Below are positions 1-8,504 of a stretch of DNA of 64,000 bases, piece after piece. Made by a program: the position numbers and the translations under genes. Location: NCBI RefSeq assembly GCF_000006765.1, contig NC_002516.2. One strand, written 5' to 3'. Source of the DNA: Pseudomonas aeruginosa PAO1. Lineage in GTDB: Bacteria > Pseudomonadota > Gammaproteobacteria > Pseudomonadales > Pseudomonadaceae. How positions within the stretch are numbered: the first letter of the stretch is position 1; each line of letters opens with the position of its first letter. The notes beneath the pieces are model-generated. The model saw only the letters and a program-made list of their open reading frames with translations, did no database searches and was not told the origin of the DNA.

Positions 1-288
1 CCAGGCGCCTATGGCGGCGCCGATCGCGGTGGCGAGCAGACCGTTGCGCCATTTCCCGGGATGGAACAGCTTGCGCCGGTAGAAGGTGTAGCTGGCGGTC
101 GCCGCACCGAAGGTCGAGCTCAGCTTGTTGGTACCCAGCGCCAGGTGCGGCGGGACCCCGGCGGTGAGCAGCGCAGGGATGGTCAACAGGCCGCCGCCGC
201 CGGCGATGGCGTCGATGAAGCCGGCGAGAAAGGCCACCACGGCCAGGATGATCAGGGTGCTGGGGTCTATCGCGAGTTCGAAGGGCAT
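1..288 (-). CDS. TSUP (TauE/SafE/YfcA-like) membrane protein, 5' part only (runs off window start)
   Basis: Manual translation from ATG at 288: MPFELAIDPSTLIILAVVAFLAGFIDAIAGGGGLLTIPALL...GTNKL; the 'GFIDAIAGGGGL' and 'GTNK' motifs are typical of YfcA/TSUP. Confidence 0.85.
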   Translation of the reverse strand, partial: MPFELAIDPSTLIILAVVAFLAGFIDAIAGGGGLLTIPALLTAGVPPHLALGTNKLSSTFGAATASYTFYRRKLFHPGKWRNGLLATAIGAAIGAW

Positions 289-388
289 GAAAAACCGGAC
301 CTGCTTCCAATCGGGAAACGGCCTCGCTGGCCGTCGGGAGGAGGGGTGCGCATAATGCCCGCAATTTCACGCAGAAGGAATCGCTTGC

Positions 389-1033
389 ATGCAGTACGAC
401 GGTCTGGCCTGGGCATTCGCGTTACTGGCCTTGCTGGCCGCCCTGGTCGCGGGGCGCATCCTCTTCGAACGCACCTGGTTCCTCGGCTGGCTGCGCGGCA
501 CCTGCGGCTTGGCCTTCGTCGCCGTGGCGGCGCTGCTGCTGGTGCTCGCCTGGGACCTGCGCAGCTATTCGCTGCTCAAGCCCGAGCAGCCGATGGCCAC
601 CCTGAGCTTCCAGGCCGAAGGGCCGCAGCGCTACCGGGTGCTGATCCAGGAGGGCGCCAACGAGCGCAGCGTGGTGCTGGACGGCGAACTCTGGCAACTG
701 GACGCGCGGATTTTCCGCTGGAAGGGGCTGGCCGCGTTGATCGGTCTGGCGCCGGGCTATCGCCTCGACGCGCTCAGCGGCCGCTTCCTGGCCCTCGAGC
801 AGCAGTCCCGGGGCCGCCGCCTGGGCTTGTCGCAGAGTCCGCTGGGGGTCGATCTCTGGCGCTGGCTGCGGGCCGGCGAGCACGACCTGTTCCTGTTCGA
901 GCCGCTGGCGGGGCGGGTGACTTTCCTGCCGATGGCGGACAAGGCGGTGTTCGCGGTGAACTACGGCGTCGCCGGGCTGCTTGCCGAGCCGATGAACCTG
1001 GCGGCCGAGGAGGCGCTCAGGGACTGGCGCTAG
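389..1033 (+). CDS. Hypothetical membrane-anchored protein
   Basis: 214-aa ORF, AAGGA RBS upstream, two N-terminal hydrophobic segments; stop overlaps the convergent LysR stop by 4 nt. Confidence 0.8.
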   Translation: MQYDGLAWAFALLALLAALVAGRILFERTWFLGWLRGTCGLAFVAVAALLLVLAWDLRSYSLLKPEQPMATLSFQAEGPQRYRVLIQEGANERSVVLDGELWQLDARIFRWKGLAALIGLAPGYRLDALSGRFLALEQQSRGRRLGLSQSPLGVDLWRWLRAGEHDLFLFEPLAGRVTFLPMADKAVFAVNYGVAGLLAEPMNLAAEEALRDWR

Positions 1034-1935
1034 GCCATGCGAAAAGCCGGGGCGGCGGCGAGCGCCTGGGCGGTTTCGCGAAAGCGTTCGATGAGTTCCG
1101 ACGGCGTGCGGTAGGCCAGCGCCAGCCGATAGGGAATTCGCGCCCGCCGCCCTTGCAGGGGACGAAAGGTGACCCCCGGCGGGCGCAACGGTTGTAGCAA
1201 CGAAGGCACTAGCGCGACGCCGATGCCGCCGGCCACCAGCCCGGCGATGGTCTGCATCTGCCGCGCCTCCTGCACCACCTCCGGGACGAAGCCGGCTGCC
1301 GCGCAGGCGGCGACGATCAGGTCGTGCATGCCCGGCCCATAGTGCCGTGGAAACAGCAGCCAGGGTTCTCCGGCCAGTTGTTCCAGGCGCAGGCGCGCAT
1401 GGCGTGCCAGCCGATGCCCTTCGGGCAATGCCACGCGCATGTCGCCGTCCACCAGTAGATGTGTGTACAGGCCGGGCTGGCGGTCGACCGGCAGGACGAT
1501 CAGGCCGGCATCGATGCGGTCTTCGCGCAACGCCTCCAGTTGCCCCGCGGTGGTGTCTTCCTGGAGCTGGAAGTCCAGCGCGCCATGCTGGTGGCGGAAC
1601 GCCTGGAGTATGCGCGGTAGCAGAATATTGATGGTGCTGTCGACGAACGCCAGGCGCAACGTTCTGCGTCCGCTGGCGGCGCTGCGCGCGGCCGCCAGGG
1701 TGCGTTCGGCCTGGGCCAGGGTGCGCCGGGCTTCGTCGAGGAACGCGCGGCCTGCCGGCGTCAGGCGGTGGATACGGTTGTCACGCTCCAGCAGGCTGGC
1801 GCCGACTTCTTCTTCCAGCCGCCGGATCGCAGTGGTCAGCGGTGGCTGGGCCATGTGCAGGCGCTCAGCGGCGCGGCGGAAGCTCAGCTCCTCGGCAACC
1901 GCGACGAACTGGCGGAACTGGCGTAAGTCGGCCAT
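1030..1935 (-). CDS. LysR-family transcriptional regulator
   Basis: MADLRQFRQFVAVAEELSFRRAAERLHMAQPPLTTAIRRLEEEVG HTH; start trimmed to the ATG at 1935; divergent from an SDR. Confidence 0.93.
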   Translation of the reverse strand: MADLRQFRQFVAVAEELSFRRAAERLHMAQPPLTTAIRRLEEEVGASLLERDNRIHRLTPAGRAFLDEARRTLAQAERTLAAARSAASGRRTLRLAFVDSTINILLPRILQAFRHQHGALDFQLQEDTTAGQLEALREDRIDAGLIVLPVDRQPGLYTHLLVDGDMRVALPEGHRLARHARLRLEQLAGEPWLLFPRHYGPGMHDLIVAACAAAGFVPEVVQEARQMQTIAGLVAGGIGVALVPSLLQPLRPPGVTFRPLQGRRARIPYRLALAYRTPSELIERFRETAQALAAAPAFRMA

Positions 1936-1939
1936 TGCG

Positions 1940-1954
1940 ATATCTCCCGGATAT
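1940..1954. promoter_or_regulatory. Candidate LysR recognition site (T-N11-A dyad)
   Basis: ATAT-ctcccgg-ATAT immediately upstream of the LysR start in the divergent intergenic region. Confidence 0.4.
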
Positions 1955-2066
1955 GGTGAGTTAAGAAAGACAGTATTGGATATATCGCGGCGGATCCGTC
2001 GAAAATCCATCCGTACGCTCGCTCTGGCCAGACGAGGCGTTCCATCCATTACAGAGGAAGCCCGTC

Positions 2067-2828
2067 ATGCACACTCATTCTCCAATCCCCCGTACCGCCC
2101 TGGTCACCGGCGGCTCGTCGGGCATCGGCCTGGCCATCGCCCGGCGCCTTCGGCAACAGGGTTATCGGATCGCCCTGGTGGCCCGTGATTCCCAGCGCCT
2201 GCAACGCGCTGCCGCCGAGTTGGGCGGTGTGCCCTGGATGGCCGCCGATCTTTCCCGCCGCGAAGCTGTCGAGGCGGTGGCCGCCTGGGTTGGCGACACC
2301 TTCCAGGGGCTCGACGTGCTGGTGAACAACGCCGGGTTCACCCGAAAGATCGCCGCCACCACTCCGCTGGCTGAGGCCGAGCGGGAATGGGATGCGCTGC
2401 TGGACGGCAACCTGAAAAGCGCGTTCCTCATGTCGCTGGCGGTGTTGCCGCATTTCGCGGAAGAGGGCGGGCGGATCATCCATATCGGATCGATCGCTGC
2501 GCAGACCGGTAGCGGCAGTCCTGGTGCGCTGGGCTATGCGGCAGCCAAGGCCGGCCTGCATGGCTTCGGCGTGGCCCTGGCGCGGGAACTCGGTTCGCGC
2601 GGGATCACGGTGAACAGCGTGGCGCCGGGTTACATCGCCGACACCCGGTTCTTTCCCGGCGGCCTCGATCCGCAACGGGTCGCCGCCATCGTCGGCGAGA
2701 CCCCGCTGGGCAGGACCGGCCGGGTCGAGGACATCGCCGCGGCGGTGGCCTGGCTGGCCTCGCCCGAGGCGGGGTTCGTCACCGGAACGGTGGTGTCGGT
2801 GAACGGTGGCTGGCGGGTCGGCAACTGA
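2067..2828 (+). CDS. Short-chain dehydrogenase/reductase (FabG-like)
   Basis: TGGSSGIG Rossmann motif, NNAG, catalytic YAAAK. Confidence 0.93.
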   Translation: MHTHSPIPRTALVTGGSSGIGLAIARRLRQQGYRIALVARDSQRLQRAAAELGGVPWMAADLSRREAVEAVAAWVGDTFQGLDVLVNNAGFTRKIAATTPLAEAEREWDALLDGNLKSAFLMSLAVLPHFAEEGGRIIHIGSIAAQTGSGSPGALGYAAAKAGLHGFGVALARELGSRGITVNSVAPGYIADTRFFPGGLDPQRVAAIVGETPLGRTGRVEDIAAAVAWLASPEAGFVTGTVVSVNGGWRVGN

Positions 2829-2944
2829 AGTGGAAGCGGCGGGTAACGCCTATGGGGGTACTCGTCCGGCTACCCGAGAACGCAGGTGAATAGCCGTGGG
2901 GCGCCTGTCCCGCGCTGGTGCGAGGCATTGGCAATCCTGAAATG

Positions 2945-2970
2945 AAAAGAGGGAGCCCTGGCTCCCTCTT
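2945..2970 (-). terminator. Intrinsic terminator between convergent SDR genes
   Basis: AAGAGGGAGC-cctg-GCTCCCTCTT 10-bp stem with short U-run on the minus strand. Confidence 0.65.
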
Positions 2971-2988
2971 CGCGCGTTCGCCGTTCCG

Positions 2989-3756
2989 TCAGGAAAGGAA
3001 GCCGCCGTCGACGTTCAGCGCCACGCCGGTGGTGTAGCTGGACGCTTCGCTAGCCAGGTAGAGCACGGCGCCTGCCATTTCGCTCGGCTCGGCCACGCGC
3101 TTGAGCGGGATGCGCTGCAGGGCGAGGTTGCGGATCGCGTCGTTCTTCACCAGCGCCGAAGCGAACTTGGTGTCGGTCAACCCTGGCAGGAGGGCGTTGC
3201 AGCGGATGCCGAACTGCGCGCATTCCTTGGCGAAGACCTTGGTCATGCTGATCACGGCGGCCTTGGTCACCGAGTAGATGCCCTGGAACTCGCCGGGCGA
3301 TACGCCGTTGATCGAGGCCACGTTGATGATGCTGCCGCCGCCGTGTTCCTTCATCAGCTTGCCGCCCTCGATGGACATGAAGTAGTAGCCGCGGATGTTG
3401 ACGTCGACGGTCTTCTGGAAGGCGCCGAGGTCGGTTTCCAGTACGTTGCAGAACTGCGGGTTGGTGGCGGCGTTGTTGACCAGGATGTCGAGGCGGCCGA
3501 ACTGCTCGCGGATCTGTGCGAAGACGTTCTGGATCTGCTCCATCTCGCCGATGTGGCAGGCGATCGCGGTGGCCTTGCCGCCCTCCGCGGTGATCGCGTC
3601 GGCGACCGCCTGGCAGCCATCGATCTTGCGGCTCGAGACGATCACGTGGGCGCCTTGCTGGGCCAGCAGCTTGGCTATCGCCTCGCCGATGCCGCGGCTG
3701 GCGCCGGAAACGAAGGCGATCTTGCCGTCGAGGTCGAACAGGTGGGTCTTGGACAT
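2989..3756 (-). CDS. Short-chain dehydrogenase/reductase, DHRS4/DHRS2-like
   Basis: SGASRGIG, VSSRK, CHIG, NNAATNP, YSVTK; the SSRK/CH.G/NAA.NP pattern is characteristic of DHRS4-type SDRs. Confidence 0.92.
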   Translation of the reverse strand: MSKTHLFDLDGKIAFVSGASRGIGEAIAKLLAQQGAHVIVSSRKIDGCQAVADAITAEGGKATAIACHIGEMEQIQNVFAQIREQFGRLDILVNNAATNPQFCNVLETDLGAFQKTVDVNIRGYYFMSIEGGKLMKEHGGGSIINVASINGVSPGEFQGIYSVTKAAVISMTKVFAKECAQFGIRCNALLPGLTDTKFASALVKNDAIRNLALQRIPLKRVAEPSEMAGAVLYLASEASSYTTGVALNVDGGFLS

Positions 3757-3780
3757 GGGCTATCCCCTTGTAGTGGTCGG

Positions 3781-4851
3781 TTACAGGCGGGAGCGCTCGA
3801 TGGCCTGCAGGCTCATCTGCTCCAGCAGCTTGTTCATCTGCACGAACTGGGCGAAACGCTTGTCCTGGGTCTGCCCGTGGTAGTAGCGGTAGTAGATCTG
3901 CTGGACGATGCCGGCAAGACGGAACAGGCCATAGGTGTAGTAGAAGTCCAGGTTGTCGATCGGTGGGATCCCGGCCCGCTCGGCGTAGTAGTCGGCGAAC
4001 TCCCGGCGGGTCAGCATGCCCGGCAGGTGGCTGGGCTGGCGGCGGGTCAGCTGCACCGGAGCCGGGTCGCCGGCTTCCACCCAGTAGGCGAGGGTATTGC
4101 CGAGGTCCATCAGCGGATCGCCGAGGGTGGCCAGTTCCCAGTCCAGCACGCCGATGATCTGCATCGGGTTTTCCGGGTCGAGGATCACGTTGTCGAAGCG
4201 GTAGTCGTTGTGCACGATGCCCGGCTTGTGGTGATCGGCCGGCTGCTTGTCCTTGAGCCAGGCCTTGACCGGTTCCCAGAGCGGCGCGTCGGGGGTCAGG
4301 GCCTTCTCGTAGCGGTCGGTCCAGCCGGCGATCTGGCGCTGCACGTAGCCGTCCGGGCGGCCCAGGTCGGCCAGTCCGCAGGCGGCGTAGTCGACGTTGT
4401 GCAGTTCGACGAACTTGTCGATGAAGCTCTTGCACAGGCTGCGGGTCTGTTGTTCGTCGAGATTCAGCTCAGGCGGCAGTTCGGCGCGCAGGATGATGCC
4501 CTTGACCCGTTCCATGACGTAGAACTCGGCGCCGATCACCGACTCGTCGGTGCAGTAGAGGTAGGCTTTCGGGCAGTAGGGGAAGCCTGCGTTCAACTGG
4601 TTCAGGATGCGGTATTCGCGGCCCATGTCGTGGGCCGACTTGGCCTTGTGGCCGAATGGCGGGCGACGCAGGACGAACTCCTGGCGCGGATACTCGATCA
4701 GGTAGGTCAGGTTGGACGCGCCACCGGGGAACTGGCTGATCTTCGGGGTGCCTTCGAGGCCGGGGATATGGGCTTTCAGGTACGGGTCGATGACGGCGGC
4801 GTCGAGTTCTTCGCCGGCGCGGATGCGAGTGGATTGGTCGGTCAGCGACAT
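3781..4851 (-). CDS. APH/choline-kinase-fold phosphotransferase, ACAD10/11-kinase/LvaA-like
   Basis: GGASNLTYL, VLRRPP, SAHDMGREYRIL, HNDYRFDNV, VLDWELATLGDPLMDLG; start trimmed to MSLTDQ with GAGAAGGG RBS. Confidence 0.9.
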   Translation of the reverse strand: MSLTDQSTRIRAGEELDAAVIDPYLKAHIPGLEGTPKISQFPGGASNLTYLIEYPRQEFVLRRPPFGHKAKSAHDMGREYRILNQLNAGFPYCPKAYLYCTDESVIGAEFYVMERVKGIILRAELPPELNLDEQQTRSLCKSFIDKFVELHNVDYAACGLADLGRPDGYVQRQIAGWTDRYEKALTPDAPLWEPVKAWLKDKQPADHHKPGIVHNDYRFDNVILDPENPMQIIGVLDWELATLGDPLMDLGNTLAYWVEAGDPAPVQLTRRQPSHLPGMLTRREFADYYAERAGIPPIDNLDFYYTYGLFRLAGIVQQIYYRYYHGQTQDKRFAQFVQMNKLLEQMSLQAIERSRL

Positions 4852-4941
4852 GGGGTTCCCTTCTCGTGGTGCCACGGCGGAGCCGCGGGAGCCGGTGCGC
4901 GCATCAGGCTGCGCAATGATGGTGATCGGCGATAATTGGCT

Positions 4942-4970
4942 AATCTAATGTCCTGTCCCGGCCCTCACAA
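4942..4970 (-). promoter_or_regulatory. Sigma70-type promoter for the kinase-SDR pair
   Basis: Minus strand TTGTGA-N17-TAGATT about 90 nt upstream of the kinase start. Confidence 0.5.
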
Positions 4971-5049
4971 GCCGCCGCCAGGCGTTATGGGCAAGCGTGT
5001 TGCCGCTCCATCACGGTCCCTGATCGTCGGCCTGGAGGAATGCCGGACG

Positions 5050-5083
5050 AAAAAAAACCGGAGCCGCGAGGGACTCCGGTTTT
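5050..5083 (-). terminator. Intrinsic terminator after the SCP2 gene
   Basis: AAAACCGGAG/CTCCGGTTTT stem followed by an 8-U run on the minus strand. Confidence 0.8.
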
Positions 5084-5108
5084 CCTTCTGGCATGGCGCC
5101 GGAAACGG

Positions 5109-5423
5109 TCAGACCGGGAACAGTTCGCCCAGCTTCATCGCCAGCATCATGTCGCCTTCGGCGCGCAGCTTGCCGGCCATGAAGGCCTGCATGCCGTCGG
5201 TCTCGCCGCTGGTGATGCCCTTCAGGGTTTCGCTGTCCATGATCAGGGTGACGTTGGGGTTCTCGGCGTCGCCCTGTACCACTTCGCAGGTACCGTCCTT
5301 GACGACCAGGTAGTGGTTGTCGCCGTCTTCGATGTTGAACTGGAACACCAGATCCAGGCCGGCGGCCGCGCTGGCGTTGAACTTGCTTTTCATGGTGGAG
5401 ACGATGTCAGCAACGGTGGTCAT
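5109..5423 (-). CDS. SCP2 sterol/lipid carrier domain protein
   Basis: 104 aa; FQFNIEDG, ENPNVTLIMD, DGMQAFMAGKLRAEGDMMLAMKL is the SCP2 C-terminal signature. Confidence 0.92.
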   Translation of the reverse strand: MTTVADIVSTMKSKFNASAAAGLDLVFQFNIEDGDNHYLVVKDGTCEVVQGDAENPNVTLIMDSETLKGITSGETDGMQAFMAGKLRAEGDMMLAMKLGELFPV

Positions 5424-5483
5424 GGGTTCTATTCCTTTCTTCTAGGGTTTTTTCGGCGACCGGAACGGTCGCGGTAGGCCGGC

Positions 5484-6194
5484 TCATCGATAGGTGATGA
5501 GTTCCGGCGCCTTCAACAGTTCCAGGTGCACGTGACTGTTGAAGGAAGCCAGGGACACTTCCTCGCCGCGGAATCTCAGGCGAGTCAGCGAGGTATTGAC
5601 GATCTGCCAGTTCAGCTCGAAGGCCTTGAGCGGCGGAACGCCGACGATCAGTTGGAGCAGGGCGGTAATGGTACCGCCGGAGGTGAACACGGCGACCCTG
5701 TCCTTGCCGCTGGCCTGCGCCAGCAGACGACGAAGACCGTCATGGACCTTATCGAGGAATTCCTGCCAGCTTTCCAGCCCATCTTTCTCATGGTTGCCGG
5801 AAACCCAGCGCGCGATGATGGTGGAGAACAGGCGCTGGAACTCGGCCCGATGCTCGGCCGCATGGCGAAGGATGTGCAAGGCTTCCGGCTGCTCATCGAG
5901 CAGGTCCGGCAGGTGCGCGCGGATCACCGCGTCGGCTTCGAATTCGTTGAACGCCGGATCGACTTCCAGCTCCGGCGTGGCCAGCCCGGAGGACTCCAGG
6001 CGTTCGAGGGCGGCGCGGGCGGTGTGCTGCTGGCGGCGCAAGCCGCCGCTGAGGACGCGGTCGAAACGGACGCCGAGGTTCAGCAGGTGGTCGCCGAGGA
6101 TTTCCGCCTGGCGGATGCCGGTCGGCGACAGCACGTCGTAGTCGTCGGCACCGAACGACGCCTGGCCATGTCGAATCAGGTAGATGCTGCCCAC
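5484..6194 (-). CDS. Histidine phosphatase superfamily protein
   Basis: N-terminal LIRHGQAS motif, LxRQQHTA, FNEF; GTG start with GAGG RBS; the second His position reads FTSGG. Confidence 0.88.
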   Translation of the reverse strand: MGSIYLIRHGQASFGADDYDVLSPTGIRQAEILGDHLLNLGVRFDRVLSGGLRRQQHTARAALERLESSGLATPELEVDPAFNEFEADAVIRAHLPDLLDEQPEALHILRHAAEHRAEFQRLFSTIIARWVSGNHEKDGLESWQEFLDKVHDGLRRLLAQASGKDRVAVFTSGGTITALLQLIVGVPPLKAFELNWQIVNTSLTRLRFRGEEVSLASFNSHVHLELLKAPELITYR

Positions 6195-6224
6195 GGGCGG
6201 ACCTCGGCGGGTGAAAGTTCCGCG

Positions 6225-6253
6225 AGGGTATGAGGATCACCCAGGGCTGTCAA
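6225..6253 (-). promoter_or_regulatory. Sigma70 promoter of the phosphatase-SCP2 unit
   Basis: Minus strand perfect TTGACA (6248-6253)-N17-TACCCT. Confidence 0.65.
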
Positions 6254-6261
6254 CGAAAAAA

Positions 6262-6277
6262 CATACGCTTGTTTGAA
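6262..6277. promoter_or_regulatory. PsrA-like operator
   Basis: CATAC-gctt-GTTTGAA (minus strand TTCAAACAAGCGTATG), one mismatch from the PsrA dyad CAAAC-N4-GTTTG; 8 bp upstream of the -35. Confidence 0.65.
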
Positions 6278-6427
6278 TGTCATTCGCTGCCTTTATCGGC
6301 TGCTCCGGGCGCGCCCTGCAAAGGCTCTCCAGGCAGTGGCATCGCTGGCCGCCCGTCGGTGGCCTGGGTATGCTTGCGCAATCGTGTCGCCCGTAGACGG
6401 GTGCGTCAACAGTAGAGAGGGGGTTGT

Positions 6428-7453
6428 GTGGAGTTCATTGCCGAATATGCGGGCTTTCTGGCCAGGACCGTGACCGTGCTGGCGGCGATCATCGTGGTGC
6501 TGGTGGTGATCGTCGCCCTGCGCGGCCGCGGCCGGCGCGGCGCAGGCGGGCACCTCGACGTGCAGAAGCTCAACGATTTCTACAAGGACCTGCGCGAGCG
6601 GGTCCGCCACAGCGTCCTCGACAAGGCCAGCCTCAAGGCCTTGCGCAAGGAGGAGAGCAAGGCGGCGAAGCAGGCGAAGAAACATCCTGAACAGAAGTCG
6701 CGGGTCTACGTGCTCGATTTCGACGGCGACATCAAGGCCTCGGCTACCGAGCAACTGCGTCACGAAGTGACTGCGGTGCTGAGCATGGCGGGCAAGGACG
6801 ACGAGGTGGTGCTGCGCCTGGAAAGCGGCGGTGGCATGGTCCATGGCTACGGCCTGGCGGCCTCGCAACTGGCGCGCATCCGCCAGGCCGGCGTGCCGCT
6901 GACCGTGTGCGTCGACAAGGTGGCGGCCAGCGGCGGCTACATGATGGCCTGCATCGGCGATCGGATCCTTTCCGCGCCCTTCGCCATCCTCGGCTCGATC
7001 GGCGTGGTGGCGCAGTTGCCCAACGTCCACCGGCTGTTGAAGAAGCACGATATTGACTTCGAGGTGCTTACCGCCGGCGAATACAAGCGTACGCTGACGG
7101 TATTCGGCGAGAACACCGAGAAGGGCCGGGAAAAGTTCCAGGAGGACCTGGAGGTGACCCACGAACTGTTCAAGAACTTCGTGGCCCACTACCGGCCGCA
7201 ACTGAACATGGACGAGATCGCCACCGGCGAGGTCTGGCTGGGCCAGGCCGCACTGGGCAAGCTGCTGGTGGACGAACTCAAGACCAGCGACGAGTACCTG
7301 GCCGAGCAGGCCAGGGAGCGCGATGTCTACCAGGTGCAATTCGTCGAGCGCAAGAGCCTGCAGGAACGCGTCGGCCTGGCCGCCAGCGTGGTTATCGACC
7401 GCGTGCTGGTGACCTGGTGGGGGCGGCTCAACCAGCAGAAGTTCTGGCAATAG
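6428..7453 (+). CDS. sohB: SohB S49-family inner-membrane peptidase
   Basis: N-terminal TM, LRLESGGG, KVAASGGYMMAC, GSIGVV, TAGEYKRTLT, EIATGEVW. Confidence 0.92.
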   Translation: MEFIAEYAGFLARTVTVLAAIIVVLVVIVALRGRGRRGAGGHLDVQKLNDFYKDLRERVRHSVLDKASLKALRKEESKAAKQAKKHPEQKSRVYVLDFDGDIKASATEQLRHEVTAVLSMAGKDDEVVLRLESGGGMVHGYGLAASQLARIRQAGVPLTVCVDKVAASGGYMMACIGDRILSAPFAILGSIGVVAQLPNVHRLLKKHDIDFEVLTAGEYKRTLTVFGENTEKGREKFQEDLEVTHELFKNFVAHYRPQLNMDEIATGEVWLGQAALGKLLVDELKTSDEYLAEQARERDVYQVQFVERKSLQERVGLAASVVIDRVLVTWWGRLNQQKFWQ

Positions 7454-7511
7454 GCCGGCGCCGACAGGGACGAACACGCTGTCTTCAGGGTTTTCACGAG
7501 AGGAGGTCGAA

Positions 7512-8504
7512 ATGGCTGTATTCAAGGCGTTGTGGGTGACGGAAGCGCCCCACGGCGTTTACGAAACGCAGGTGGTCGAGCGCGATACCGGCGACCTGCC
7601 GGCGGGCGACGTACTGATCCGCGTGCAGTATTCCTCGCTGAACTACAAGGATGCGCTGTCCGCCAGCGGCAACCGCGGGGTGACCCGCAAGTACCCGCAT
7701 ACCCCCGGCATCGATGCCGCCGGTGTGGTCGCCGAGTCCTCGGTGGCCGAGTTCGCGGCCGGTGACGAGGTGATCGTCACCGGCTACGACCTGGGCATGA
7801 ACACCGCCGGCGGTTTCGGCCAGTACATCCGCGTGCCCGCGGCCTGGGTGATCAAGCGCCCGCAAGGCCTGAGCCTGCGCGAGGCGATGATCCTCGGCAC
7901 CGCCGGCCTGACCGCGGCGCTCTGCGTCGAAAAGCTGGAGCGCAGCGGCCTGCGCCCCGACCATGGCTCGGTGCTGGTCACCGGCGCCAGCGGCGGGGTC
8001 GGCAGTATCGCCGTGGAACTGCTGGCCAAGCTCGGCTACACCGTGGCGGCCGCCACCGGCAAGCTGGAGCAGGCCGAGTTCCTCAACCGCCTGGGGGCCA
8101 AGCAGATCCTCGATCGCGCCACCGTGGCCGATGGCGTCGACAAGCCGTTGCTCAAGGAACAGTGGGCCGGCGCGGTGGACACCGTCGGCGGCGACATCCT
8201 CTTCAACGTGGTCAAGTCGTTGCAGTACGGCGGCAGCGTCGCCTGCTGCGGCCTGACCGCCGGAGCCGGCTTCAAGGCCTCGGTGCTGCCGTTCATCCTG
8301 CGCGGGGTCAACCTGCTCGGGGTGGACTCGGTGGAGCTGCCGCTGGTGGTCAAGGCATCCATGTGGGACAAGCTGTCGCTGCAATGGAAGCTCGACAACC
8401 TCGAAGAGGTGGCGCGCGAGATCGCCCTCGAAGAGCTGCCGGGGGCGATCAACCAGATCCTCGCCGGCAAGCTGGTCGGCCGGGTGCTGGTCAACCTCGG
8501 CTGA
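7512..8504 (+). CDS. MDR oxidoreductase, YhdH/AcuI (acryloyl-CoA reductase-like)
   Basis: SSLNYKDAL, PHTPGIDAAG, GTAGLTA, TGASGGVGS, LPFILRGVNLLGVDS; GGAGG RBS. Confidence 0.9.
   Translation: MAVFKALWVTEAPHGVYETQVVERDTGDLPAGDVLIRVQYSSLNYKDALSASGNRGVTRKYPHTPGIDAAGVVAESSVAEFAAGDEVIVTGYDLGMNTAGGFGQYIRVPAAWVIKRPQGLSLREAMILGTAGLTAALCVEKLERSGLRPDHGSVLVTGASGGVGSIAVELLAKLGYTVAAATGKLEQAEFLNRLGAKQILDRATVADGVDKPLLKEQWAGAVDTVGGDILFNVVKSLQYGGSVACCGLTAGAGFKASVLPFILRGVNLLGVDSVELPLVVKASMWDKLSLQWKLDNLEEVAREIALEELPGAINQILAGKLVGRVLVNLG

Noticed and set aside
2836-2915. Degenerate REP-like palindromic fragments after the first SDR gene
   Set aside because: Pairing is weak and I could not find a matching second copy in the window to define a family.
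3781-4851. APH-fold gene as an aminoglycoside-resistance determinant
   Set aside because: Motifs and neighbours (SDR, SCP2) match the ACAD10/11-LvaA acyl-CoA kinase group, not antibiotic kinases.
5050-5057. A8 run (and T8 at 47849-47856) as phase-variable homopolymers
   Set aside because: Both are intergenic U-tracts of intrinsic terminators, not in coding or promoter-spacer positions.
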